This document shows positions 30,781 to 40,139 of a stretch of 64,000 bases of DNA, in pieces. Positions within the stretch are counted from its first letter, which is position 1. The number at the start of each line of letters is the position of its first letter. Position numbers and translations under genes: made by a program. The notes below the pieces were generated by a model, which saw nothing but the letters and a program-made list of their open reading frames with translations, did no database searches and had not been told where the DNA came from. This DNA is from Minisyncoccota bacterium (lineage in GTDB: Bacteria > Patescibacteriota > Minisyncoccia > SW-4-49-11), in NCBI GenBank assembly GCA_032117235.1, contig JAULZW010000001.1, positions 10,762 through 74,761 on the forward strand. The letters are read 5' to 3'.

Positions 30781-30860
30781 ATTGTGAGACTTATATAGTA
30801 GATAGACAAGAATGTGTTTATTCATTATAATAAATACATTATAACATATCAAGTCGCTCT

Positions 30861-31835
30861 ATGGAATTAAGTATTTTTCTCAGACCAATTATTGAAGAAG
30901 CAGAAAGTAGAAATATACATTGTTATGTTTTTTCAGATGTTAGTAAAAATTATGCGGTTTTAAGATATAATGATCATGAGGAGTTTATCAACAATACATT
31001 GATAGATAATATAGGTGCAGCTACTAATTCAATGTTAAAAAATAAATACCTCCAATCAGTGTTACTGAGTCAAAAAGGATATAGTACCCCTAAGACTCAA
31101 ACAGTGTATTTAGAGAAGTCCAAGAGAGATGAATTTATCCAACAATTTAATCAATTTCCCTGTGTGGTCAAGCCATTAGATAATTATGGAGGGAAGGGAA
31201 TTACTGTAAATATTACAAACCATAGTGATTTAGAACAGGCAATAGAGTTGGCTTGTGGTATGAGCAATAGATCTAGATATAAAGATAGATGTATAGTACA
31301 GGAAATGCTTCAAGGAGAAGAGTATAGAATTTTAGTAATTGGCAATAAAGATGTATTCTTAGTCAAGAGAACCCCTTTTCAAGTTATAGGAGATGGTAAA
31401 CACTCAATACAAGAGTTGATTCAAATTTATAATGAAAATACAATTAATAGTATAAGGAAGGTAGAAATAGGCTCTAGTATAAAGCATATATTACAAGAAA
31501 AATCTCTAGCATTAGATTATATACCTCAAGATAAAGAAATTATCAAGTTAAGTTATAAAGCCAATTCTCATGATGGGGGATCTTCTCAGGAACTGACTGA
31601 TTTTTTACCAGAAGGACTGAAGCAATTTGCAATTAGACTATCCTTAGATTTTAAATTACCAGTTGTAGGAATTGATATTATAACTTCTAATCTTGTCAAT
31701 CTAAATCCATACATTCTGGAGCTCAATATAAATCCAGGGTTAACAATACATAATAACCCAACATTTGGAGTACCAACTAAGCCTCAAAAAGCTATTATTG
31801 ATCTTTTATTCCCAGAGACAAAAAAATTTAAATAA
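30861..31835 (+). CDS. Stand-alone ATP-grasp ligase, cyanophycin synthetase/GshAB-like (paralog 1)
   Basis: VVKPLDNYGGKGIT, EYRILVIG, R.PF.V.GDG.HSI.ELI insert, ANSHDGG, GIDII and LELNINPG motifs. Confidence 0.85.
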   Translation: MELSIFLRPIIEEAESRNIHCYVFSDVSKNYAVLRYNDHEEFINNTLIDNIGAATNSMLKNKYLQSVLLSQKGYSTPKTQTVYLEKSKRDEFIQQFNQFPCVVKPLDNYGGKGITVNITNHSDLEQAIELACGMSNRSRYKDRCIVQEMLQGEEYRILVIGNKDVFLVKRTPFQVIGDGKHSIQELIQIYNENTINSIRKVEIGSSIKHILQEKSLALDYIPQDKEIIKLSYKANSHDGGSSQELTDFLPEGLKQFAIRLSLDFKLPVVGIDIITSNLVNLNPYILELNINPGLTIHNNPTFGVPTKPQKAIIDLLFPETKKFK

Positions 31836-31847
31836 TTATACCGCTAT

Positions 31848-32822
31848 ATGAAATTGAGTATCTTTCTCAGACCAATTATTGAAGAAGCAGAAAGTAGGGG
31901 TATAGATGTATCTTTTTTTTCTGAATTTCGTACAAGGTTTACAATATTATCATATGAGGGACATACAGAGTTTATAAGAAATACATTAACAAATCATGTA
32001 GGTTCGGTTACTAGTTTAATGTTAAAAAATAAATACTTTCAATCAGTTTTATTGAGTCAAAAAGGATATAATACTCCCAAGACTCAAATAGTGTATGTAG
32101 AGAAGTCTAAGAAAGATAAATTTATCCAAAATTTTAATCAATTTCCCTGTGTGGTTAAGCCTTTAGATAACTATGGTGGAAAAGGTATTACTGTAAATGT
32201 TACAAATTATACTGATTTAGAAAAAGCAATTGAACTTGCTTGTGGTATGAGTATTAAATATAAAGATAAATGTATAGTACAGGAAATGGTTTATGGATCT
32301 GAAGAATATCGAGTGTTGGTAATTGGGAATAAAGATGTGTTTTTAGTTAAAAGGACTCCATTTAGAGTTATTGGAGATGGAAAACATTCAATTCAAGAAT
32401 TGATTAAAATATATAATGATAATGTGGTTAAAGTAGACAAAACAAGATATGTTCAGATAGGAGAAAGTATAATGAATATCTTACAAGAAAAGTCTCTAAA
32501 ATTAGATTATATCCCTAAAGATAAAGAAATTATAAAACTAAGCTATAAAGCTAATTCACATGATGGTGGGTCATCAGAGGAGATGACTAAATTTTTGCCA
32601 GATACATTAAAACAATTTGCTATTAAATTATCTCTAGATTTTAAGTTGCCAATTGTGGGCATTGATATTATAACTTCGGATATAAACAATCCTAACCAAT
32701 GTGTTTTAGAGTTAAATCTTACTCCAGGATTGAATATACATGTAGCTCCGACATTTGGAACACCAACTAAGCCTCAAAAGGCTATTATAGATCTTCTATT
32801 TCCAGAAACCAAATCGATATAG
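31848..32822 (+). CDS. Stand-alone ATP-grasp ligase, cyanophycin synthetase/GshAB-like (paralog 2)
   Basis: Tandem duplicate of 30861-31835 with the same length and motifs; LELNLTPG. Confidence 0.85.
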   Translation: MKLSIFLRPIIEEAESRGIDVSFFSEFRTRFTILSYEGHTEFIRNTLTNHVGSVTSLMLKNKYFQSVLLSQKGYNTPKTQIVYVEKSKKDKFIQNFNQFPCVVKPLDNYGGKGITVNVTNYTDLEKAIELACGMSIKYKDKCIVQEMVYGSEEYRVLVIGNKDVFLVKRTPFRVIGDGKHSIQELIKIYNDNVVKVDKTRYVQIGESIMNILQEKSLKLDYIPKDKEIIKLSYKANSHDGGSSEEMTKFLPDTLKQFAIKLSLDFKLPIVGIDIITSDINNPNQCVLELNLTPGLNIHVAPTFGTPTKPQKAIIDLLFPETKSI

Positions 32823-32824
32823 TA

Positions 32825-34252
32825 TTATTTCCTCGGATCAATAATAAATCTTTTTAAATCCTGTTTCCCTAATAAAAAAAGGTATTTTAAATGAGATCGA
32901 TTTACTATTGAACATGCAATTTCACTCATCTCATCTCCAATTTTTACTGGGATTTTTATAAAGGGTCTAACTGTATATCCGTTTCCAGCCTTTATAATAG
33001 CAACTTTTTTGAGGAGATGCGGAGTATCTTGTGCCTTTAAGTTAATATTTATTGTATCAGTTAATTTATTTAGAGCATTATATTCTATATCCTCCGGTAT
33101 ATTCAAAGCTTTAAATTCTTTTAATACTTCTCCGTAGCCAAGTTTAATGAGAAGAGCTTCGTCTATACTGGAGGAGTCTGCCCCCGTATCCACCTTGGCT
33201 TCTATAGTTTGTTTTTGATTGTCTTTGCCAAATAAGGTGATTTCCTCAATCAAACCTATAACTTGTCGCCCAGTAATTTCCTCGATTTCTTCTTCAATTT
33301 CTCCTCCAAATAAATCTTTTGCGAGTCGAATAGCTCTTTTTACCGTTTTTACTTTAAGTCCTTTTACTTTTTGTAATCTTTCTTTGAGTGGGGCGAGATT
33401 GGCAATTTGAATAGCAAGTCCTGGTCGGGCATTAGCTTCCAAGACTACTGGTCCAGCATCGCGGTCTAGGGCGATATCTACTCCTGTAAAGCCTAGATTT
33501 GTCACATCAGCAGTGCGAATGGCTATTTCTAAAATTGTATTCCAATATGGTATTCTAATTCCAGCTAAATTGATTTTGGTTCCTGGTATGGTGTCTATGA
33601 ACTTCTCTCGCATAATGGCATTAGTGGTTACTCCAGTGGCCATATCTATTCCCACTCCAATTCCTCCTTGATGTAGATTAGCCTTTCCATCTGATTCTTT
33701 GGTCGGAATTCTAATCATTGCCATTACGGGAATACGATTGAATACAATGACACGAATATCAGGTATACCTTTATAGGCTAAATGCTTGAAAGATTTATTG
33801 AGTTTAATTCGCTCTTCAAAAAAAGCTATATCAGGGCTATTAGTACGTGAATAGGTTCCATCAAGAATATTGCTAATATGATTATGTATCATTGTCTCAC
33901 TAAGTTTAACTCCTTTGGTTTTGACCCATTGTCTTTCTCCGTCGGTAGTTTTCTTTTTATGTTCTCCAAAAATTACCACAATTCCTTCTCCTCCAAATCC
34001 AGAAGTAGGCTTCAATACAAAGCTTTTTGGTAATTTATTATAATCAAAATTATTTAATTTCTCATAAGACCTTACCGAAGCGATTAGTTTTGGGGTCGGT
34101 ATATTATTTTGCTGTAAAACTTTCTTAAATTTGATTTTATTATCTACTAATTTGACCCATTTACGATAGTTATAAGGCTTGATAAAGATAAGGTTACGGG
34201 CATTCATCCCGAGTATTTTTTGACTAAATACGAATGCTTCTAGCCAATTCAT
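32825..34252 (-). CDS. Alpha-L-glutamate-ligase-like ATP-grasp (ATPgrasp_ST type) fused to a C-terminal RimB-like aspartic protease domain
   Basis: Ligase motifs LGMNARN, GIPDIRVIV, ANLHQGGIGVGID and EANARPGLAIQIAN; protease motifs AKVDTGADSSSID, RP and NR..LKY..LLG. Confidence 0.85.
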   Translation of the reverse strand: MNWLEAFVFSQKILGMNARNLIFIKPYNYRKWVKLVDNKIKFKKVLQQNNIPTPKLIASVRSYEKLNNFDYNKLPKSFVLKPTSGFGGEGIVVIFGEHKKKTTDGERQWVKTKGVKLSETMIHNHISNILDGTYSRTNSPDIAFFEERIKLNKSFKHLAYKGIPDIRVIVFNRIPVMAMIRIPTKESDGKANLHQGGIGVGIDMATGVTTNAIMREKFIDTIPGTKINLAGIRIPYWNTILEIAIRTADVTNLGFTGVDIALDRDAGPVVLEANARPGLAIQIANLAPLKERLQKVKGLKVKTVKRAIRLAKDLFGGEIEEEIEEITGRQVIGLIEEITLFGKDNQKQTIEAKVDTGADSSSIDEALLIKLGYGEVLKEFKALNIPEDIEYNALNKLTDTININLKAQDTPHLLKKVAIIKAGNGYTVRPFIKIPVKIGDEMSEIACSIVNRSHLKYLFLLGKQDLKRFIIDPRK

Positions 34253-34255
34253 AGT

Positions 34256-34897
34256 TTATTGATTGCTAATGATTTTACGGAATCGGATATATTCAGAGAT
34301 GCGGAGTCCTTCATAGCGCCCAATTAATATAATTCCCGCAAATACAATCAAAATTACCCATGGATTATAGAAAACTAAATCTCGTAGCCGAGTAGTGGTC
34401 ATAATTAAGTTTCCAATTGAAGCTAGAATCAGGGTTTCTAAGGATAGGATGACAGCGGTACGATAACCTTTTTCCATTTGAGCATTGATGAACTTCTCTA
34501 CCAAGGTAATAATAATCAAAATCTGGTAAATTGAGGCTTGTACAAACATTGTGCTGTCTGAAAATATACCCCAAACCAAACTCAAAAACATAGATAAAGC
34601 TGTAATTGATAGTATTAAAGCCATTTTCGGTAAATATAAAATACGAACTTTGCGAAGTAGAAATCTGACTACTGAAGCCACTAGAAGTGAAACTACAAAG
34701 ACGCTAACTCCATATTTGAAGCCAATTTCAGTCAAAGCAAATGTTATAATTAGTGGTGTATAAATACCAAAAGCTTTAATTCCCACAATTTGTCGGGCGG
34801 CTACGATAAATCCTGCCATAATCGGGAACATTAATAGAATGTCTATTGTTTCACGTGGCACATCATTTCTTAGAAGGTAATCAAAGAATATATCCAT
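34256..34897 (-). CDS. 7TM domain protein of the inactive-transglutaminase-associated type
   Basis: RQIVGIKAFGIYTP, seven hydrophobic segments, GRYEGLRISEYIRF; likely start ATG 34897. Confidence 0.82.
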   Translation of the reverse strand: MDIFFDYLLRNDVPRETIDILLMFPIMAGFIVAARQIVGIKAFGIYTPLIITFALTEIGFKYGVSVFVVSLLVASVVRFLLRKVRILYLPKMALILSITALSMFLSLVWGIFSDSTMFVQASIYQILIIITLVEKFINAQMEKGYRTAVILSLETLILASIGNLIMTTTRLRDLVFYNPWVILIVFAGIILIGRYEGLRISEYIRFRKIISNQ

Positions 34898-34979
34898 ATA
34901 CTTATTAAAACTAATTGAGATTATTGTATTATTTTGATATAGTATAACATAACAATATATTTTGACTAGTGGCAAATTT

Positions 34980-36359
34980 ATGGACCGATCCGTATACGAT
35001 AATTATAGCTTACATAAGGGAAAATTTCAAACTCAACCTGGATTAACTCGAGAGGTAGTTGAAGAGATTTCTAAACAAAAAAATGAGCCATCTTGGATGT
35101 TGAAAAAACGGCTCAAAGCCTTTGAATTATATCAGCAAACTGCTTTACCGAATTGGGGTCCTAGTTTGGATGGATTAGATTTGGAGCAAATTATTTATTT
35201 TAGTAGGCCAGATGCAGATGAATCTAAGACTTGGGATGATGTGCCAAAGGATATACGAGACACTTTTGATAAACTTGGTATTCCAGAAGCCGAAAAACAG
35301 GCTCTAGGAGGTGTGGGAGCTCAATATGACTCAGATATGATATATCATAATCTCAAGCAAGACTTAAAAGATAAAGGGGTTATATTCGAGAATATGGATA
35401 CCGCATTACAGGAATATCCCGATTTGGTCAAAAAATATTTTATGACTCAATGTATTCCTATCAATGATCATAAATTTATTATGTTACATGCGGCAGTATG
35501 GAGCGGGGGGACATTTATTTATGTGCCAAAGGGGGTAAAAGTAGAATTGCCATTGCAAGCCTATTTTCGGATGAATATGGAGGCTGGAGGGCAATTTGAA
35601 CATACTCTTATTATTGCAGATGAAGGCTCAGAGCTTACCTATATCGAGGGATGCTCTGCTCCAAGATGGAATGTCTCAGCTCTTCATGCAGGAGGAGTGG
35701 AAATATTTGTGCATAAGGGTGCTACAGTTAAATATATTAGTATTGAAAATTGGAGTAAAAATACCTATAATCTCAATACCAAAAGGGCTCTCGTGGATGC
35801 TTATGGTACTATTGAGTGGCTAAATGGGAATATGGGAAGTGGTGTGACAATGTTATATCCTTGTAGTATATTGAGGGGAGAATATGCTCGCTCAGATAGT
35901 CTCGGGATAGCCTTTGCAGGAGAGGGGCAAGAGCAAGATACAGGCTCAAAGGTAATACATGCAGCCCCTTATACTAAATCCACAATTAGTGCTAAAAGTA
36001 TTTCTCAAGATAATGGAGTGTCATCATATAGGGGTTTAGTTAAAATAACTCCCAAAGCTATTGGTAGTGAATCTCATATTGTCTGTGATGCTCTCCTAAT
36101 GAATGATGGGGCTAAATCAGATACTTATCCAGTGATGCAAGTAGAGACTAGTGAGGCTCAAATTGGGCATGAAGCTCGGGTAGGGCGGGTAGGGTATGAG
36201 GAAATATTTTATTTAATGAGTAGAGGGATGAGCGAAGCGGAGGCCAGGAAAATGATAGTAAATGGTTTTATAGAGCCGGTAGTAAAAGCCTTGCCTCTCG
36301 AATATGCAATTGAGCTAAATCGCCTGATTGAACTTGAAATTATAGATTCAGCAATATAA
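34980..36359 (+). CDS. sufB: Fe-S cluster assembly protein SufB
   Basis: GQFEHTLII, YIEGCSAP, QDTGSK and YLMSRG motifs; start ATG 34980. Confidence 0.96.
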   Translation: MDRSVYDNYSLHKGKFQTQPGLTREVVEEISKQKNEPSWMLKKRLKAFELYQQTALPNWGPSLDGLDLEQIIYFSRPDADESKTWDDVPKDIRDTFDKLGIPEAEKQALGGVGAQYDSDMIYHNLKQDLKDKGVIFENMDTALQEYPDLVKKYFMTQCIPINDHKFIMLHAAVWSGGTFIYVPKGVKVELPLQAYFRMNMEAGGQFEHTLIIADEGSELTYIEGCSAPRWNVSALHAGGVEIFVHKGATVKYISIENWSKNTYNLNTKRALVDAYGTIEWLNGNMGSGVTMLYPCSILRGEYARSDSLGIAFAGEGQEQDTGSKVIHAAPYTKSTISAKSISQDNGVSSYRGLVKITPKAIGSESHIVCDALLMNDGAKSDTYPVMQVETSEAQIGHEARVGRVGYEEIFYLMSRGMSEAEARKMIVNGFIEPVVKALPLEYAIELNRLIELEIIDSAI

Positions 36360-36360
36360 T

Positions 36361-37017
36361 ATGGCAATTTATACAACTCAAATAGAAACATCTCATCAAT
36401 ATCTGGTTATAAAATCTAGAAATCAGGAAAAATTAAATTTATTAGATTTAGATCCAAATACTATTATACATATTGCCGAACAGGCTGAATTAGAATTAAA
36501 TATAGGAGCTGGAGAATATCATCATAATTTACATATAATTGTAACTAAAGGAGCTAAATTAAAAATTTTAGAACAAGAAAATTGGAGTGGGACTATAAAC
36601 TGGACTATTGATTTGATTGAACCTTATTCAGAAATAGAATATGTTACCAGATTAGAAGCTAAAAATAAGTCTAAAAATATAATTAAAGTAAATCATAAAG
36701 GCTCTTATACAATATCCAAAATAAATTCTAGATATTGTGTTATAAGTCAAAATAAACTCATACAGCATACCATTATAGATATCCCCAAAGCTATTAAACA
36801 TTGCCAAGCCAGTCAATCGGCGGAAATTTTATTATTAACTAACCGTCCACAAGTCCAAGTCATCCCCGAGCTCAGAGTGGCCACTGATAATAGTAATGCC
36901 AGTCATGGAGTATCTATCCATCCAATTCGAGAGACAGATATATTCTATCTAATGGCTCGAGGCATTAGCCAGACAAAAGCAATAAAAATACTTAAAAAAG
37001 GCTTTTTGGAGACGTAG
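36361..37017 (+). CDS. sufD: SufD-like protein (short)
   Basis: PELRV....ASHG and FYLMARGI....A...L..GF motifs; follows sufB. Confidence 0.85.
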   Translation: MAIYTTQIETSHQYLVIKSRNQEKLNLLDLDPNTIIHIAEQAELELNIGAGEYHHNLHIIVTKGAKLKILEQENWSGTINWTIDLIEPYSEIEYVTRLEAKNKSKNIIKVNHKGSYTISKINSRYCVISQNKLIQHTIIDIPKAIKHCQASQSAEILLLTNRPQVQVIPELRVATDNSNASHGVSIHPIRETDIFYLMARGISQTKAIKILKKGFLET

Positions 37018-37094
37018 GGGGTTTGTGGTATACTTATAAAATAAATAGTAATATTAATATGAATATAGAAAAAAGAAATTAGTATAGTCATCCT

Positions 37095-38459
37095 GTGTTT
37101 GAAGGTGAAAATATAAATAAAGGCAATGAGTTAGCTCATGAAATAGAAGAAAGTTCGACAAAAGATATTAGAAGATTTACTCGTTCTTATTCTTCGGTTG
37201 AGAGAACAGCTAAAGCTCAAGAATTAAGAGGTATCCCAAAAGATCAAAGAGAAGAAGAACTTGAAAGTTTTTATAAAGAACAAGAAGCAATAAGGGTAGA
37301 ATTCTTAGAAACTTTAGACGAGAGACAGGTTGAAGATATCATGAATCAGTACGATGTAATTTTTACTCATGGAATACCCTTAGACTCAATGAAAAACACA
37401 TCACATAATAATACCGTAATTGATACAGAGAGTATAAAACTAGAAACAAAAATAAAATTAATTTTAGGTTTTCAGCCAACAATTTCTGCTTGTGTTATAA
37501 AAGTTTCTGAACAAAGTCCAAATGCTCATTATTATAAATTTGGTTTAATGATTGGTAGAGGAACAGTTATGTTGGCTCATAATCGAGATACTGCAACTGT
37601 TGCTGAAAATATGTATTCTAGAAGATTAAAAGATGGTGAGTATAATAAAGATGGAGAAAAAAATTCATATATAAATGGTAAAAATTATAGTTTTTTTCCT
37701 GAAAATATGGTAAATCATAGTATACAAACCAATATACAAGAAAATATAAGACAAGCTATCGAGGAACCAGTTGGTGGTAAGTCTGGAGATGCTAGAAATG
37801 AAGTGGTAATTGAGAATCCAGATGCTATTGGTTTTTACATAGATCTTAACACTGAAATAGGTGATGTAGAATTAATTCAAATTGTAAAAATTGCTAGGAA
37901 TGTTGGGTTGCCAATTTTTGGCTTAAAAAATGGACGAATTTTTTCTTTACAAGACAATGGTCAGGAAGAAATTAATCTTGATGAATTGCATATATCTGAA
38001 GAGTTAACAGAACAAAAAAGATTAAAATATATTGAGGATACAATTCAGGACAATGTTTTTGTTGGTGGAAAAATCCCAATAGAGGCAGAAAGGAGAATAA
38101 GTTCATTAAAGTCTAAAGTAAAAGAAATATCGGGAATAAAACAAGAGTCTTTAGTACAACAAGGATCAGAGGAATTATATCCAGATTTTGAGTATTTAGA
38201 TGGTAACTATAATATGTTTTACAATGCAGATTTAATGTTAAAAGGTACTCATCTTAGATATGACTCAATACATAAAAATGGGAATGATATAGTTAGTTTT
38301 TTTACTCAGATGGGTGTAAGAGAATCTGCTATGACAAAAGTAAAAACACTTTTTGAAAACAAAGACCTTTCAGAATGTAGAAAGTTAATAGATAGTTTTT
38401 TAAATAAATTTTATGAAGCAAAAAAATTATTAGCTCAATGGAAGCAATCTAAAGATTAA
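37095..38459 (+). CDS. Hypothetical acidic protein
   Basis: 454-aa ORF; upstream in-frame ATG 37059 is blocked by TAG at 37080. Confidence 0.7.
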   Translation: MFEGENINKGNELAHEIEESSTKDIRRFTRSYSSVERTAKAQELRGIPKDQREEELESFYKEQEAIRVEFLETLDERQVEDIMNQYDVIFTHGIPLDSMKNTSHNNTVIDTESIKLETKIKLILGFQPTISACVIKVSEQSPNAHYYKFGLMIGRGTVMLAHNRDTATVAENMYSRRLKDGEYNKDGEKNSYINGKNYSFFPENMVNHSIQTNIQENIRQAIEEPVGGKSGDARNEVVIENPDAIGFYIDLNTEIGDVELIQIVKIARNVGLPIFGLKNGRIFSLQDNGQEEINLDELHISEELTEQKRLKYIEDTIQDNVFVGGKIPIEAERRISSLKSKVKEISGIKQESLVQQGSEELYPDFEYLDGNYNMFYNADLMLKGTHLRYDSIHKNGNDIVSFFTQMGVRESAMTKVKTLFENKDLSECRKLIDSFLNKFYEAKKLLAQWKQSKD

Positions 38460-38478
38460 ATATGAATAATATAATTAG

Positions 38479-38505
38479 AAAAAACACCCCGCTTAGTGCG
38501 GGGTG
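38479..38505 (-). terminator. Terminator hairpin
   Basis: CACCCCGC/GCGGGGTG stem with a T-tract on the minus strand. Confidence 0.7.
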
Positions 38506-38780
38506 GATGATATGTATTGTCTGATGTCTCGCCATTCTTTCAATAGAATGGTTGGTGGATTTATAGGGAATCCATTTTGATTACAGGGTAATATAAAGTA
38601 GCAATTTTCGCTACCAATTAACTCTCCATTTATCCCATAGATTTTGGAGTTAGTGAAGTTCTGATGGTATTTCCAATGAGAACTGAGACTTATGGTTAAG
38701 TCAGGAGGATTAATTCTATTTATTGTTTCAAATATAGCAAATAAATTTGGCCGAATTTCAAGAAATTGTTGATAGTTCAA
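38493..38780 (-). CDS. Hypothetical protein, possibly degraded
   Basis: 95-aa TTG-start ORF whose stop lies in the terminator loop. Confidence 0.4.
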   Translation of the reverse strand: MNYQQFLEIRPNLFAIFETINRINPPDLTISLSSHWKYHQNFTNSKIYGINGELIGSENCYFILPCNQNGFPINPPTILLKEWRDIRQYISSTPH

Positions 38781-38837
38781 AAATTATCTTCAAATGAAAA
38801 TATACAATACCATAAAAAAACAATATTAGCAAGTTTT

Positions 38838-40085
38838 TTATTTTATAGATATTCCCAAAACTGTTTGGGCTGCAATTTGAAAATGCAATCGATTAAACTT
38901 CTCAGCTTGAGGATCTCCTGATGGATGATATTCTCTAGCTAGAAATCCAACTTTCTCTGGACTAACTGACATCTTGCTATTTCTATAACCTGCAGACGCA
39001 CGAGCCATTTCACTTGCTTGAGTTTTGATCTGTATTTTGTGAATTCTTAAAATTTGTGACAAATCTATATCCTTTTCTTTTAAATCAGCATCAATATCAT
39101 CTAATTTTATATTACGATTCACTCTAATAATATCTCCCAAAATATGGTCTCTAGGGTTTATAAGAGAATTTTCAACCTGTTTCATCATATGATCTAATAA
39201 AGTTACTCTATACTCTTCTATCACTTTATATATTGCTAATTGAATCTCCTGATCAGTAATAGAATCTACTAATTCAGGATTGAGAGTAATTGCTATAGTG
39301 TCAGCTTTGTGCCGGGTATCCCCAATTGAAAATTTAGGTATGTCTATGGTAGCTAGCACTCCTGGAACTTGGGATAATTCTTCAGTGACTATTCTTTCTG
39401 ATTCCGCGCCTTTTAAATCATCTTGAGTAGTTGTTTCTTCCCCTTCAGTTAAAAACCTAGCATTCCCTTGAGTTATTTTACTGGACCTTTCTTTATATCT
39501 AGCAAATTCTGGGTTTTCGGTATCTGGGATTATTAAATCACTAAGATATTCTATTGACATCTCTCTTCCCTCAGCAAATCCAAAGCCATATTTTTTATCA
39601 ATTCCAGTTTCAGCTATTATCTCTAAAATCTTGGTATAGTAAATATCTATAATAGCCTTAATATCTGTTCTGGCAAGACTAGATTCTGATTCATCTAAAG
39701 AATTTAAAAGTGTCTGATATGTACGATATCTTTCTAATAAAAATTCCACAGAATCATCTTCTAATTCTAAACTAGTTTCTAGATGGTAGGAGTTTAATTC
39801 TTTACAGACATCATATAATTTTTTAGATGATTGAATCTCTTCTAATTTTTGTTTCAAGACATGGACTTGTCTTTGAAGTCTGGGATTAGAAGATTGCTTT
39901 TCAGAGGAGGTTATAAGTTGTTGTAATGCCTCAGATTCCTTTTCTTTTTGAAAGGATATATTATCTAAATCTTGTCTTAAATCTCCACCCCTTCCCTCAG
40001 CGGTTGAAGTATATATCTCATCTATAATTTCCGTCAATGAATATTCAGAAAATAGTTTTTCTTGTATGGGTCTTAGGGTTTCCAT
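38838..40085 (-). CDS. Hypothetical protein with N-terminal coiled coil and possible PD-(D/E)xK nuclease domain
   Basis: GAESERIV...GD.RHKADTIAI...IQIKT pattern. Confidence 0.65.
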   Translation of the reverse strand: METLRPIQEKLFSEYSLTEIIDEIYTSTAEGRGGDLRQDLDNISFQKEKESEALQQLITSSEKQSSNPRLQRQVHVLKQKLEEIQSSKKLYDVCKELNSYHLETSLELEDDSVEFLLERYRTYQTLLNSLDESESSLARTDIKAIIDIYYTKILEIIAETGIDKKYGFGFAEGREMSIEYLSDLIIPDTENPEFARYKERSSKITQGNARFLTEGEETTTQDDLKGAESERIVTEELSQVPGVLATIDIPKFSIGDTRHKADTIAITLNPELVDSITDQEIQLAIYKVIEEYRVTLLDHMMKQVENSLINPRDHILGDIIRVNRNIKLDDIDADLKEKDIDLSQILRIHKIQIKTQASEMARASAGYRNSKMSVSPEKVGFLAREYHPSGDPQAEKFNRLHFQIAAQTVLGISIK

Positions 40086-40139
40086 ATAATTTTATATTTA
40101 CTATACACTTATTATATCATATATTATATAATAGAACAT

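Noticed and set aside
30861-32822. Calling these cphA or gshAB
   Set aside because: At 324 aa they lack the Mur-ligase and glutamate-cysteine-ligase halves, and no cyanophycinase is nearby.
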